Shown: positions 49,764 through 61,096, counted from the stretch's first letter. The stretch is DNA of 64,000 nt from Nitrosopumilus sp. (GCA_965205675.1 OZ242186.1:1440001-1504000); one strand, 5' to 3'. Notes: a model not told the origin generated them from the sequence alone. Made by a program: numbers and translations.

Positions 49764-50066
49764 ATGATGCTTACTCCTAAAGAAATAGAGAAACTGAATA
49801 TCTTTGTAACATCAGAACTTGCACGTAGAAGAAAAGCAAGGGGGGTAAAACTCAACCATCCAGAAACCGTATCTATTTTAGCTGATCATATTTTGGAGGG
49901 CGCACGGGATGGAAAAAATGTAGTAGAATTAATGAGTTCAGGGAAAACTGTTCTAACTAGAGACGATGTATTGCCAGGCGTTGCAGAATTAATTCATTCT
50001 ATTCAAGTCGAAGCCACTTTTGAGGATGGAACCAAATTGGTGACAGTTCATGATCCTATTGTGTGA
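49764..50066 (+). CDS. ureA: Urease gamma subunit
   Basis: [29 protein letters not shown]. Confidence 0.97.
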   Translation: MMLTPKEIEKLNIFVTSELARRRKARGVKLNHPETVSILADHILEGARDGKNVVELMSSGKTVLTRDDVLPGVAELIHSIQVEATFEDGTKLVTVHDPIV

Positions 50067-50071
50067 GAACT

Positions 50072-50440
50072 ATGATTCCTGGTGAATATTTCATATCTGA
50101 AAAACCAATTATTGCACATGTACAAAAATCTACAATTTCTCTTAGTGTTAGAAATACTGGAGATAGGCCAATACAGGTAGGTTCACACACACACTTTTTT
50201 GAAATAAACAAGGCGCTAGATTTTCCACGAAAACAATCTTATGGTTATCATCTAAATATTCCTGCTGGAACATCAGTACGATTTGAGTCCGGAGAGACAA
50301 AAGGAGTTGAATTATCAGAATTTGGTGGCAAAAAAATTGTATATGGATTTAGTGGTCTCGTAAATGGAAATCTAAAAGAAAAACAAGAAGAGGCATTTGA
50401 CAAAGCCATAGAACAAGAATTTCAAGGAATGACAAAATGA
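50072..50440 (+). CDS. ureB: Urease beta subunit
   Basis: [29 protein letters not shown]. Confidence 0.97.
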   Translation: MIPGEYFISEKPIIAHVQKSTISLSVRNTGDRPIQVGSHTHFFEINKALDFPRKQSYGYHLNIPAGTSVRFESGETKGVELSEFGGKKIVYGFSGLVNGNLKEKQEEAFDKAIEQEFQGMTK

Positions 50441-52149
50441 CTCTAACTATTCCTAGAAAAAATTATGTTGATTTGTTTGGTCCCACAACTGGAGATAGAA
50501 TTCGTCTTGCCGATACTGATTTGATTATAGAAATTGAAAAAGATTTGATAAAGTATGGTGATGAGGCAGTTTTTGGTGGCGGAAAAAGTATTCGAGATGG
50601 ATTAGGACAAGCAAGTGGAGTATCAAGGGCTGACTCACTTGATCTTGTAATTACTAATGCAATAGTGATGGATCCTATATTGGGAATTATTAAAGGAGAC
50701 ATTGGAATTAAAGATGGAAAAATTGTCGGTATAGGAAACGCTGGAAATCCAAACATTATGGATGATATTGATATGATAATTTCATCAAACACTGAAATTA
50801 TTGCAGGAGAGCATACAATTTGTACTCCTGGCACAATTGATTCACACATTCATTTTATTTCTCCACAACAAGCTACTCATGCAATTTGTAATGGAACCAC
50901 TACAATGATTGGGGGAGGGACCGGTCCTGCAGATGGAACAAATGCAACTACCTGCACTCCAGGCAAATGGAATATTCATAGGATGATTGAAGCAGTTGAT
51001 GATATGCCTCTGAACTTTGGGTTTCTTGCAAAGGGTAATGATTCACTTGAAACTGCATTATTTGAGCAGGTAAAAGCAGGCGCTTGTGGATTAAAACTGC
51101 ATGAGGACTGGGGCTCTACTCCTGCTGCCATAAATTCTGCTTTGAATGTTGCAGATAAAACAGACATTCAAGTTGCAATCCATACTGACACTCTAAATGA
51201 ATGTGGATTTGTTGATGATACAATTAAAGCAATTGCTGGAAGAACCATCCACACATATCACACTGAAGGAGCTGGAGGCGGTCATGCTCCTGATATTATA
51301 AAAATTGCAGGAGAGCAAAACATACTTCCATCATCTACAAATCCAACAAGACCATTTACAGTAAATACTCTATCAGAACATCTAGATATGATGATGGTCT
51401 GCCATCATCTTAATTCTGCAGTACCTGAAGATGTGTCTTTTGCAGAGTCAAGAATTAGGGGAGAAACAATTGCAGCTGAAGATGTTTTACATGATATGGG
51501 AGTACTTAGTATGATGTCCTCAGACAGTCAGGCAATGGGAAGAGTAGGGGAAGTCACAACTCGAAATTGGCAGACAGCTGATAAAATGAAAAAGATGAAA
51601 GGTCCTCTGCCAGAAGACAATATGGGAAATGATAATTTTCGAGTAAAAAGATACTTGGCTAAAATTACAATAAATCCTGCAATCACTCATGGGATTTCTA
51701 ATCATGTTGGTTCCTTACATCCAGGCGCGTTGGCTGATATTGTTATTTGGTCTCCTCAATTCTTTGGTGTTAAACCAAAAATGATCATAAAAGGCGGCTT
51801 TATTGCATATGCATTAATGGGTGACCCAAATGCTTCGATTCCTACTACCGAGCCTGTAATGTATCGTCCCATGTTTGGTGCACTTGGTAAAACAGTACAA
51901 TCAACTTCTGTAATTTTTACATCTCAATTAGCATTAGATAATAAAATTGAATCCGAACTTGTTTCAAAAAAGAACCTGGTTGCTGTAAAAAATTGTCGCT
52001 CTATTGGAAAAAAAGATATGCTGTACAATAATTTAACTCCGAAAATAAAAGTCAATTCCGAAACATATGAGGTTAGAGTTGATGGGAAATTAGCAACTGT
52101 AGATCCTACAAATACAGTTTCTATGGCTAGACTATACAACTTGTTTTAA
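50437..52149 (+). CDS. ureC: Urease alpha subunit
   Basis: All Ni-site motifs present: [41 protein letters not shown]. Confidence 0.98.
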   Translation: MTLTIPRKNYVDLFGPTTGDRIRLADTDLIIEIEKDLIKYGDEAVFGGGKSIRDGLGQASGVSRADSLDLVITNAIVMDPILGIIKGDIGIKDGKIVGIGNAGNPNIMDDIDMIISSNTEIIAGEHTICTPGTIDSHIHFISPQQATHAICNGTTTMIGGGTGPADGTNATTCTPGKWNIHRMIEAVDDMPLNFGFLAKGNDSLETALFEQVKAGACGLKLHEDWGSTPAAINSALNVADKTDIQVAIHTDTLNECGFVDDTIKAIAGRTIHTYHTEGAGGGHAPDIIKIAGEQNILPSSTNPTRPFTVNTLSEHLDMMMVCHHLNSAVPEDVSFAESRIRGETIAAEDVLHDMGVLSMMSSDSQAMGRVGEVTTRNWQTADKMKKMKGPLPEDNMGNDNFRVKRYLAKITINPAITHGISNHVGSLHPGALADIVIWSPQFFGVKPKMIIKGGFIAYALMGDPNASIPTTEPVMYRPMFGALGKTVQSTSVIFTSQLALDNKIESELVSKKNLVAVKNCRSIGKKDMLYNNLTPKIKVNSETYEVRVDGKLATVDPTNTVSMARLYNLF

Positions 52150-52215
52150 ATTCTGTCGACGTCGACTAGAATTTTATTTCAAAAGTTAAAATCTCATTAG
52201 AATAAACTAAAGGAG

Positions 52216-52425
52216 ATGAAAAGTATTGCATTTTTTGGAATTTTGATTGTTTTTGTTTTTATATTAACAATAATATCTACAGCAGATGCTCATCCTCATG
52301 CAACCATAGATCTTATGGGCTCTCATTCTCATGATGAGGGATTTCAAGAAAATCTCCTAGTTCATACATTTACTGATGTAATATTTTCAATCTTTGATTT
52401 TTTCAATGGTTCTTTCAAAAATTGA
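52216..52425 (+). CDS. Small secreted His-rich protein
   Basis: AAGGAG RBS; signal peptide ending ADA, followed by HPH...SHSHD. Confidence 0.65.
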   Translation: MKSIAFFGILIVFVFILTIISTADAHPHATIDLMGSHSHDEGFQENLLVHTFTDVIFSIFDFFNGSFKN

Positions 52426-52482
52426 GTACTTTAAGACACATGATTCTTTAATCTATAAGTAAATCTCAAAATAATCGTCTTT

Positions 52483-54483
52483 GTGGATCAAACAAAGCAA
52501 TTAACTATCACATTAAGCACAATTTTTGTTATTATCACTTTGGCTGCCAGTCCACAATTAGCTTTTGGTGCTGGTGCTATCTCTGATGGGTTTGCAGTAG
52601 GTGAAGCATTACCTGAATGGATTGGATGGGTAATTGTTGTAGGATTGGGCATGGTTTTTGCTGTAATTATTACAGTTGAGGTAAAAATTGAAGAAAAATA
52701 TCTTGGAGTCCACCAGACCTCTGAGATGTTTAACACAGCAGGACGTACTATCAAAACAGGTCTAACTGCTGCAGCTATTGTTTCAGCCTGGACATGGGCT
52801 GCCACATTACTTCAATCATCCACTGTAGCTTATCAGTATGGAATTAGTGGCCCATTTTGGTATGCCGCAGGCGCATCAATTCAGGTTTTACTATTTGGAA
52901 TTTTAGCTATTGAACTAAAACGCAAAGCGCCAAATGCCCATACATTTTTAGAAATTATTCGTGCAAGGTATGGGAATGGTTCTCATAAAATTTTCTTAAT
53001 CTTTGCATTAATGACTAACATGATTGTGACTGCAATGTTACTCCTTGGAGGCTCGGCAGTTGTTAATGGTTTGACTGGAATGGATATTTCACTAGCTGCA
53101 TTTTTGATTCCAATTGGTGTTATGATTTACACGCTAGTTGGAGGATTAAAGGCAACTTTTGTTGCAGACTATATGCATACCATAATCATCTTTATTACAA
53201 TACTGATATTTGTTGGAGCAGTATACATCAACACTGACATTACAGGTGGAATCGGGGGCCTATATGATAAACTAGTAGAGGCTGCAAAGTTAACTCCTGT
53301 TGAAGGAAACGCAGCAGGCGCATTTCTAACAATGGCATCAGCTGGTGGTTTGATGTTTGGCATTATCAATATCGTTGGAAACTTTGGTACAGTCTTTGTT
53401 GATCAAGCATATTGGCAACGAGCTATTGCTGCAAAACCATCATCTACTGTTAAAGGATTCTTACTTGGCGGACTATGCTGGTTTGCAATTCCTTTCACAC
53501 TTGCCACTACAATGGGACTGACGGCAGTCGCGCTTGATGTTGATTTAACCCCAGCTCAAGCTCAAATGGGACTAGTAGTTCCAGCTGCTGCTACTGCATT
53601 AATGGGTGAGATTGGTGCCATTCTGGTGCTAACTATGTTATTTATGGCAGTAACTTCAGCAGGGTCTGCTGAACTAATTGCAGTATCTTCATTATTCACT
53701 TATGATATCTATCGGACATACAAAAATCCAAACGCAACAGGTAAACAACTCGTTAAAATATCCCGGGCTACAATTGTGGCCTTTGGGCTTGGTATGGGTG
53801 GTTTAGCTGTTATACTGTTGGGAATGGGTCTAAGTCTTGGCTTTGTCTATTTGGCAATGGGTATCATAATTGGTTCGGCTGTAATTCCAATTGCATTAAC
53901 AATTCTTTGGAAGAGGACAAACCGAGTAGCTGCCACTACAGGAGCTGTAGTTGGATTACTAATTGCAGTAACTACATGGGTATCAGTTGCATCCTCTATA
54001 CCCGAATTTAATGGCGAGATATCTCTTGCAAGTCTTGGCCATAACCACTCTATGCTATTTGGAAACATTGCAGGAATTCTTTCGGGCGGTGCCATTGCAT
54101 TATTTGGAAGTCTTGCTATGAAGACTGACTTTGATTGGAAGGATCTCAAAGAGAAAATCACTCTTGTTGAAGTGTCTGCAGCAGAGTCTGCTCAAATTTC
54201 AGAAGATGAGGAGACTCTAAAGAAAGCATTCAAGTTCAGTCTCAAAGGTGGGGGCATCATGACTTTGTTGTTAATCATTGTTTGGCCACTGCCATTAATT
54301 GCATCAGGATATGTCTTTGAACTAGGCTCATACACTGTCTGGGTAATAATATCATTACTCTGGGTAGGAATTGCATCAGCTATAATCATATTCTTACCAA
54401 TAATTGAAGCACGACAAGGCATAGTCCAAGTCTTTAGAGGTAAAAAATCAGTTTCAGAATCCTCCACAGGGGATAAAAATTGA
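52483..54483 (+). CDS. DUR3-type urea:sodium solute symporter
   Basis: SEMFNTAGR, SAWTWAATLLQSS, NFGTVFVDQAYWQRAIAA; next to urease. Confidence 0.92.
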   Translation: MDQTKQLTITLSTIFVIITLAASPQLAFGAGAISDGFAVGEALPEWIGWVIVVGLGMVFAVIITVEVKIEEKYLGVHQTSEMFNTAGRTIKTGLTAAAIVSAWTWAATLLQSSTVAYQYGISGPFWYAAGASIQVLLFGILAIELKRKAPNAHTFLEIIRARYGNGSHKIFLIFALMTNMIVTAMLLLGGSAVVNGLTGMDISLAAFLIPIGVMIYTLVGGLKATFVADYMHTIIIFITILIFVGAVYINTDITGGIGGLYDKLVEAAKLTPVEGNAAGAFLTMASAGGLMFGIINIVGNFGTVFVDQAYWQRAIAAKPSSTVKGFLLGGLCWFAIPFTLATTMGLTAVALDVDLTPAQAQMGLVVPAAATALMGEIGAILVLTMLFMAVTSAGSAELIAVSSLFTYDIYRTYKNPNATGKQLVKISRATIVAFGLGMGGLAVILLGMGLSLGFVYLAMGIIIGSAVIPIALTILWKRTNRVAATTGAVVGLLIAVTTWVSVASSIPEFNGEISLASLGHNHSMLFGNIAGILSGGAIALFGSLAMKTDFDWKDLKEKITLVEVSAAESAQISEDEETLKKAFKFSLKGGGIMTLLLIIVWPLPLIASGYVFELGSYTVWVIISLLWVGIASAIIIFLPIIEARQGIVQVFRGKKSVSESSTGDKN

Positions 54484-55004
54484 CTTCTTGTACTGGATGT
54501 AATGCATCACTTGGTTGGAAAAAATATAATTTTCAAAAACAATGGCACGTTCATGGATATTTTTGTAAGCCATGTATGATAAAAATGGGAGAGGATTGGG
54601 ATGTGCATGGAAAAATCACATTACCAAAAAGATCTTGTGATTCATGCAAAGGCGATTTTTTCTTTTTAACTACAACTTGGCAAAACAAACAACGTCATAG
54701 ATGCTGTCAAGTATGTAAGGATCTTGATTTTACTGAAAACTCTACAAAAGAATTCACATTGCCTCCAGTTCCTTCGCGTATCCCTGTTATGATGGGGGCA
54801 TTTGCAGCGTTTGGAATATTACTAATGATCATAGGATTTGCATATGTAATGTTAGTAGCTCCGCAACAAGATTCAAACATTCTTCATATAATTATTGGTA
54901 GCTCAATGTCTGGTGGTGGATTCATGTTGGCACGAAAGATGGTAAAGGTTAGAAATATCATTCTGGGAAAAACTCCTAAAGCTTCAACCCTGAGCTCAAA
55001 CTAG
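54480..55004 (+). CDS. Cys-rich (4x CxxC) protein with two TM helices
   Basis: CTGC, CKPC, CDSC, CQVC then two hydrophobic segments; overlaps the DUR3 stop. Confidence 0.7.
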   Translation: MTSCTGCNASLGWKKYNFQKQWHVHGYFCKPCMIKMGEDWDVHGKITLPKRSCDSCKGDFFFLTTTWQNKQRHRCCQVCKDLDFTENSTKEFTLPPVPSRIPVMMGAFAAFGILLMIIGFAYVMLVAPQQDSNILHIIIGSSMSGGGFMLARKMVKVRNIILGKTPKASTLSSN

Positions 55005-55012
55005 AAATTATA

Positions 55013-55153
55013 GTGAAAAGAATAGAAGCGATAGTTTTACTATCTAAAGAAAAAGAAATTATAGATGCTTTACAAAAAACCCAAATCGATGGTAGCGGAA
55101 AAGGAGTAAGACAGATCATTCCGGGATTGAGTCGCCATAGTTTAGGCATATAA
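55013..55153 (+). pseudogene. Truncated P-II (GlnB/GlnK-like) nitrogen regulator
   Basis: Manual translation VKRIEAIV..SKEKEIIDAL..TQI-DGSGKG.. resembles a P-II N-terminus with an internal deletion; only 46 codons. Confidence 0.55.
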
Positions 55154-55268
55154 ATTTTGAATGAATTATCAACTATTCTAACTCAAAAGATCTAGATCGT
55201 AGTTTACACTTACAGAATCACCTCAAAACAAACTAGAGCATTAATGGTAATCTTCAGGAAACCATTTC

Positions 55269-55589
55269 ATGAAAGAAACAAGCATTAATTTTTTGAGAAA
55301 AGCATGCAAGAATGAAAAAAATGCAAAAGCAAAGATGAAGGCTGCAATACTAAGAAAACAAAATATTCCGTATTCTGTGATATGTGCCAGTTTGGATGTC
55401 ATACCATCAACTCTGTCCTACTGGCTAAATCAAATGGATAAAGAGGGGATAACTGCATCACACCACAGAAAATATTTAGCCTCTCGTTGTTTTTTGAGCG
55501 AAAAACAGCTATTATCATTAAGAGATGATTTAATTTTAGGTCCCAGAAATTTGGATTCAGTCAATTCATGTGGAGTACAAGAATGGTAA
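55269..55589 (+). pseudogene. IS630-type transposase N-terminal relic, resuming at ~57720-57871
   Basis: HTH-like N-terminus; downstream part YSARGMHELLHKIG.S.KKPR is typical of IS630. Confidence 0.6.
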
Positions 55590-56549
55590 TTAATTGAGAC
55601 ATGGGCATAACTAATTCTAATTTTTGAGTCAATTCTCAAATTATTCAAATCAAAAAAGCTAAGGATCTTATCATGTTTTGTTCATTGTAATGTCAAAACA
55701 AATGAAAATCCCTAGGCAAGATTCTATCGGAATCATTTCTTATTGGTATGTTACATTTGGTGGGAATGTTGTCTTTGTATGAGGAGATACTGAAACCTGG
55801 TAGACCATACGTATACTCTACAATTCTGATGGTACAGCTGTTCATCATAAAGTCATGGATGAGAATTCCAAGCAACAATACATTACATTATTTCCTTTCG
55901 ACTAAAGGTACCAATGATAAATTGCTCAAGGTTTGCAGACTAGCTCAAATTCCAAACAGAAGAACCATCGACAGGAGATTCCAAGTTCTGCCAATTGGTG
56001 ATATAATCAGTAATATGGGAAGTCTGTTTGTATCAGAGAAACTAGTCGATGACATATCTGCATCAGTGGATAGTTCCATGCTAAAAGCAGATGGTCCAGT
56101 ATGGCACAAGTCAGATATGAAAAAGAATAGAATTCCAATCTCAGGAATTGACACAGATGCAAAATGGGGTTTTTCAAAATCAAAGGGTTGGGTATTTGGG
56201 TACAAACTGCATATGAGTTGCAGTACTGGCAAACTGGTTGTTCCACTATCTGCTGATGTCTCAACTGCAAATGTTTCTGATGGTAAAATGTATTATACAA
56301 TAGTTGAATCGCTTTCAGGACTGGTTGAGAATATTTTATGTGATCCAGCATATGATGATAAATCATTATATCAGTTTAGTGATGAGAGACATTTGAGATT
56401 GATTTGTCCTATCAAAATATATCCATCAACACCACCAGAGCGAATCAAACTTGCAGATTTTTATAATTCTGTACAAGGTCAAGAGTTATACTCACAAAGA
56501 AAAGTTTCAATTGAACCTTTATTTGAAATATTCAAAGATACGTTCAACA

Positions 56550-57509
56550 TTAGAACTGTACATGTGAAAGGATTTGACAACGTGAAATCATTTGTGTTGG
56601 TTTGTGTGTTGGTGTATCAGTTGACAGGCCTTGTAGAAACCATAATAAAATAACAAAATCTAATTTTCTAATCCTGTAAGCATTGTATGCAATTAACCTG
56701 TACAACATCTCATTGTCCTGAGTTGTAACATTTCTTGATGTGACATCTCCTGACATTATCTGTTTGATCACAAAAAAGATTGTTTCAGATTTGTTTCTCT
56801 GATGGTACAATTGTACAGGAAAGTTCCTCTTCATCTCCTTTCTGTGAATTCCGCTGGTTCTGTAAATTGGAACTGTTCCATATCGAGTTGGAATTATTGC
56901 AGCTGTGTTGATCTGTTCTGCACCAACATGGTTATTCTCATCATCAAAACCCATGTCACCTAACACAATATCAACTGGAACAATATTGTTGGTTTTGTAC
57001 AACAATGGCAGAAAATCAGGATTATCATGTTGCATGTTGTGGTGTGTCATGACACAGCAAACAAGCTGTGTATTCATGTCAGCACAAACAACAACTTTTA
57101 GGAAATTCCTGCGTAACTGTACTCTTTTTGTATAATAGTATGATGCTGTACTGTAACTGAATCCGCTACCATCAATTCCAGCTAGAACCAGTCTGACTTT
57201 TTTGTACAAAATGAATTCCTGCAACATTTTATGTAACAGATTTCCTTCCAGTCTTGCAGCTGCCTTTTGTAGTGTGGTGTAATGTGGAATGGTAGACAAA
57301 CCAAGATATTCCTGAATTCCTACACATTCTTCTAAAAATTCTGTAAATCTTCTATAACTCTTTGATTCGTACTGTCGTATTGCCAAGAGTATGAGATGTG
57401 TCCAAACAGAATAGATATGATTTGATTTTGGATGTAAGAACCTGGGAATTCTGCATCTGGTGATTATATTGAGTAGTGTTTTGCACATTTTGACGTATGA
57501 TGAGACCAT
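56550..57509 (-). CDS. IS5-family transposase (reads through the element end)
   Basis: PHYTTL, IDGSG, GDMGFD, YHQRNKSETIF motifs. Confidence 0.88.
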   Translation of the reverse strand: MVSSYVKMCKTLLNIITRCRIPRFLHPKSNHIYSVWTHLILLAIRQYESKSYRRFTEFLEECVGIQEYLGLSTIPHYTTLQKAAARLEGNLLHKMLQEFILYKKVRLVLAGIDGSGFSYSTASYYYTKRVQLRRNFLKVVVCADMNTQLVCCVMTHHNMQHDNPDFLPLLYKTNNIVPVDIVLGDMGFDDENNHVGAEQINTAAIIPTRYGTVPIYRTSGIHRKEMKRNFPVQLYHQRNKSETIFFVIKQIMSGDVTSRNVTTQDNEMLYRLIAYNAYRIRKLDFVILLWFLQGLSTDTPTHKPTQMISRCQILSHVQF

Positions 57510-57597
57510 ACTGTAATCTGCAAATACAATCCTAATGGATCTAAATTAGCTAAAATGTATCACAATTGGGTTAAAATCAGATGGTTTCTACAAGGCC
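56627..57597 (-). mobile_element. IS5-family element, 971 bp, recent insertion
   Basis: Perfect 17-bp IRs GGCCTTGTAGAAACCAT; exact 9-bp TSD CAGTTGACA at 56618-56626 and 57598-57606. Confidence 0.93.
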
Positions 57598-57929
57598 CAG
57601 TTGACAGTATATTACAACTGTATAATTGGAGCAGAAAATCCAAGAACTGTAAAGAGAATGCTTTGCTGTTAGAGAATTTAGAATGAAATTAGATTTTATT
57701 TTTGTAAATCATTATGCCCAAGTCTCAATTAATCATGTGAATAAAAAATACAACAAGCCATACTCTGCAAGAGGAATGCATGAATTACTACATAAAATTG
57801 GATCCTCATCTAAAAAACCAAGACAGACTCAGTCACAAATCAGCCTCAAAAGAGGAGCAGAATCGTTTTAAAAAAACAGTCGTTCCAGAATATGCTTAAA
57901 AATAAAGATAAAAAGAGACCGGAGAGGTC

Positions 57930-58234
57930 TTACTCCAATTCTAAAGGAATGTTTACGCTTCCAAAGTCTTCGTTGATTCTAAAGGCATAACTTTTTGAAG
58001 AATCATACTCAAACTCGGTTCCACCATATCCGATGTTTGGTCCAAAGAGAAAATTAAATTCTCTGGAGTCACCAGGATTCAATACAATTTGTCCACTTGT
58101 AAAATCCATTCCAGAGTACTTGAAAACTTTGGAACCATCCCAGACATCATATGCGCAGATAGAAGGACTGGTACAGTTAATTGATGTGATGTCTGAACCA
58201 GTATTTTCTGCAAGCATGCGAATTGTCAATAGAG
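57930..58234 (-). pseudogene. 3' part of a secreted beta-sandwich (DUF4352-like) gene decapitated by IS66
   Basis: ENTGS...LNPGDSR pattern; frame runs into the IS66 IR. Confidence 0.55.
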
Positions 58235-59645
58235 GTAACTGTCTAGAGTTTTGAAGTACTTTCTTTAATATTTTTTATCTATATCTTTTCTGATCAGTGA
58301 CAAATTACAATATACAATTGTCAGTATATGATGAGCTGGAATATTATCGTAACAGATGTCACTCGCTGGAGCAAGAAAACCGTCAGTTACGCAAAGATAT
58401 TGAATCACTACACAGAGAAATTGCAGAACTAAAACAAACAGTGTCTACACTTGTTGCAAGAAATATCAAAGCAAAACCAAACAAGACTGAAACTGCAAAA
58501 AAGAAGAAAACATCAAGACATCCTAGAAAAAGCAGAAGCAGACGGGCACACATTGATGATGCCATTACAGTTGACCAAAAAGAGTGCAACACATGTGGCA
58601 AATCACTCTCAGAACCAACTGATTCATACACCAGAATAGTAGAAGACATCATTCCTGCAAAAGCAGTTGTGACAAAATATACGATAGTTAGACGATACTG
58701 CACAAACTGCAAAAAACAAATCTCGGGTAACATTCACACTGTACTGTCAAATGAAAGGTTTGGAATTAGGCTCATGGTGCTAATCACATCACTAAAAACT
58801 ATCGGATTATCGTATGGTAAAATATCTCATCTTTTGCAGATGCTCTTCTCACTGCACATTACAGAATCTGCAATTAATCATGCAGTATCAATAGTATCAA
58901 AAGCATTTGGGAGCAGATATGATACAATGATTGTGGAGTTAAAAGAAGATCTAAACATACATGGTGATGAGACAAGTTGGAGGGTAGATGGCCAGAACCA
59001 CTGGTTGTGGGCATTTGTGAGTAAATGGACTGTAATTTACGAGATTGACAAATCACGTTCAATGGATGTTCCCAAGAGAATTCTCAAGGGATATGATGGC
59101 AACATTACAAGTGATTCGTACCCTGCATGGAACCATGTTGGAAGCACTCACCAGAAATGTCACATCCATTATCTCAGAGAGGTTAATGATACCATTAATC
59201 ACAAGAATCCCGGACCAGAATTTGCACCATTTGCCAAGAATCTCAAGAAAATAATTTATGATTCTCATGGTGTGGCAAAAATAAAATCAGAATCAGAAAG
59301 AATCCATGCAAAAAAGAATCTTGAAAGGAGAATTAATCACATCATATCAAAAAAATACACAGAGAAAAACTGTATCAGGTTTGTAAAAAGATTGAAACGT
59401 GAGAGAAAAATGCTTTTTACATTCCTAATTACTGGAACTGATTCACACAATAACACAGCAGAGAGGGCAATCAGACCAAATGTGATAATTCGTAAAATTA
59501 CAAACGGTCATAGAACCATTCATGGTGCTGATTCTCATAAGATACTGATGAGTATAAAGGAGACATGCAGATTACGAGGATTAAACTTTCATGATTATTC
59601 TTTAGAATATCTTGGAGATTTTACTTCAAAACTCTAGACAGTTAC
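58235..59645 (+). mobile_element. IS66 family element, copy 3, 1411 bp
   Basis: Same 24-bp IRs; only a few SNPs from copy 1. Confidence 0.95.
58297..59637 (+). CDS. IS66 transposase
   Basis: Identical to 8660..10000 apart from 3 aa. Confidence 0.95.
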   Translation: MTNYNIQLSVYDELEYYRNRCHSLEQENRQLRKDIESLHREIAELKQTVSTLVARNIKAKPNKTETAKKKKTSRHPRKSRSRRAHIDDAITVDQKECNTCGKSLSEPTDSYTRIVEDIIPAKAVVTKYTIVRRYCTNCKKQISGNIHTVLSNERFGIRLMVLITSLKTIGLSYGKISHLLQMLFSLHITESAINHAVSIVSKAFGSRYDTMIVELKEDLNIHGDETSWRVDGQNHWLWAFVSKWTVIYEIDKSRSMDVPKRILKGYDGNITSDSYPAWNHVGSTHQKCHIHYLREVNDTINHKNPGPEFAPFAKNLKKIIYDSHGVAKIKSESERIHAKKNLERRINHIISKKYTEKNCIRFVKRLKRERKMLFTFLITGTDSHNNTAERAIRPNVIIRKITNGHRTIHGADSHKILMSIKETCRLRGLNFHDYSLEYLGDFTSKL

Positions 59646-59951
59646 CATTTTTTGGAAATTATTTCATCCCTTAACTAGGAGAACATTATGGCCTATTATC
59701 GTATGTATAGACATCATGGAATATCTATGATAAAGTTAGAGATAGCAGATATCCACTCATCTTCTTTTATTGTGATAAAGACAATATTTTTTATTTTTTT
59801 TAAAAAAGACTTTAGAAAATCCAAGTGTGATTAAAGGATCATTTTTCATAGGTTTCAATGGGTTCATAATAGAAAATTATTTCCAATACACATTAGAAAA
59901 ACTATCAGGTGCAGGTTTTGATATTTATTACCAGAATTCAACAAAACAAAC

Positions 59952-60779
59952 ATGGAAATTTCTGTAGGACATACGCCTGATTCAGATGATGCATTCATGT
60001 TCTACGGAATGTTTACAGGCAAAGTGACATCTCCAGATTTTAAGGTAAATCATGTTATTGAGGATATTGAAAAATTAAATCGTAAGGCTACAAATCCAGA
60101 ACTAGATGTAACAGCTGTTTCAGTTCATGCATGTGCATTTATTCCAAGATATACCATATTGAGAAGCGGTGGGAGTTTTGGGATTAATTACGGTCCAATA
60201 GTTACGGCTAGAAAACAGATGAGTCTTGATGAGATTAAAAAATGTAAAATTGCAATTCCTGGGAAAATGACTTCGGCGTTCTTATTATTACAACTAATGA
60301 TTGGAAAGTTTGATTATGTTGAGATGAATTTCAGCGACATTCCCGAGGCGGTAAAATCAGGAAAAGCAGATGTGGGATTAGTAATTCATGAAACACAATT
60401 ATCTTATGAACAAGAAGGAAATGTCAAAATTTTAGATGTTGGTGAGTGGTGGAATAAAACAACAGGCGGATTGCCAGTTCCACTAGGCATCAATGTGATG
60501 AGAACAGATTTAGGCATGGATACTATAGTAAAATTTGACAAATATCTACAATCATCAATTGAGTTCGGTATTGAAAACTTTGATCATGCAATAGAATATG
60601 CCATGCAGTATGCTCGAGGAAAAGAACGAAGTTTAATTGAAAAATTTGTGAAAATGTATGTAAACAAAATCACTGTAAACATGGAAGATTCAGGTGAAGA
60701 ATCAATTAGAAGATTATTCAAAATGGCAAAAGAACAAAAACTAGTCCCAGATTTTGAAATCAATATTGCCAGCAGGTAA
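59952..60779 (+). CDS. mqnD: MqnA/MqnD-family menaquinone (futalosine pathway) enzyme, MqnD-like
   Basis: GHTPD.DDAFMFY, DIE.LN, G.NYGP, AIPG..TSA, IHE, LP.PLG. Confidence 0.8.
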   Translation: MEISVGHTPDSDDAFMFYGMFTGKVTSPDFKVNHVIEDIEKLNRKATNPELDVTAVSVHACAFIPRYTILRSGGSFGINYGPIVTARKQMSLDEIKKCKIAIPGKMTSAFLLLQLMIGKFDYVEMNFSDIPEAVKSGKADVGLVIHETQLSYEQEGNVKILDVGEWWNKTTGGLPVPLGINVMRTDLGMDTIVKFDKYLQSSIEFGIENFDHAIEYAMQYARGKERSLIEKFVKMYVNKITVNMEDSGEESIRRLFKMAKEQKLVPDFEINIASR

Positions 60780-60805
60780 TTATAGTACAAAAAAATTTAA
60801 CAATT

Positions 60806-61096
60806 ATGGGAGATGGCATAGGTGGAGCAGTTCTTTCAATTCTTACAAATAATGTTTTTGAATTACTAATCAGCCACACAAGAAAAGACAATCAGGAACA
60901 ATATGGAAAAATTGAAAAAATCATCATGAGCAAAATTGATGACCCAGAACAATCACAATATGAAGAAAAAACAAAAGAAGATTTAGAGAGAGCATTAAAG
61001 GGTAAATTTGTTTCATGTAATGTTCAATACAGAGATGGAAAAACAGATGCACTGGTGTGTAATGTATTTGTACAAAGACCGCCAGAAGGCTTTTGA
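60806..61096 (+). CDS. Hypothetical protein (nuclease-like OB fragment possible)
   Basis: 96-aa ORF. Confidence 0.6.
   Translation: MGDGIGGAVLSILTNNVFELLISHTRKDNQEQYGKIEKIIMSKIDDPEQSQYEEKTKEDLERALKGKFVSCNVQYRDGKTDALVCNVFVQRPPEGF

Larger units (their letters stand above)
55596..57680 (+). mobile_element. IS982-like/IS4-superfamily (DDE_Tnp_1) element interrupted near its 3' end
   Basis: ORF 55748.. with VDSS, WGFSKSKGWVFGYKLH, D.AYD, R..IE..F; frame resumes after 57597 as QLTVYYNC...MLCC*. Confidence 0.8.
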
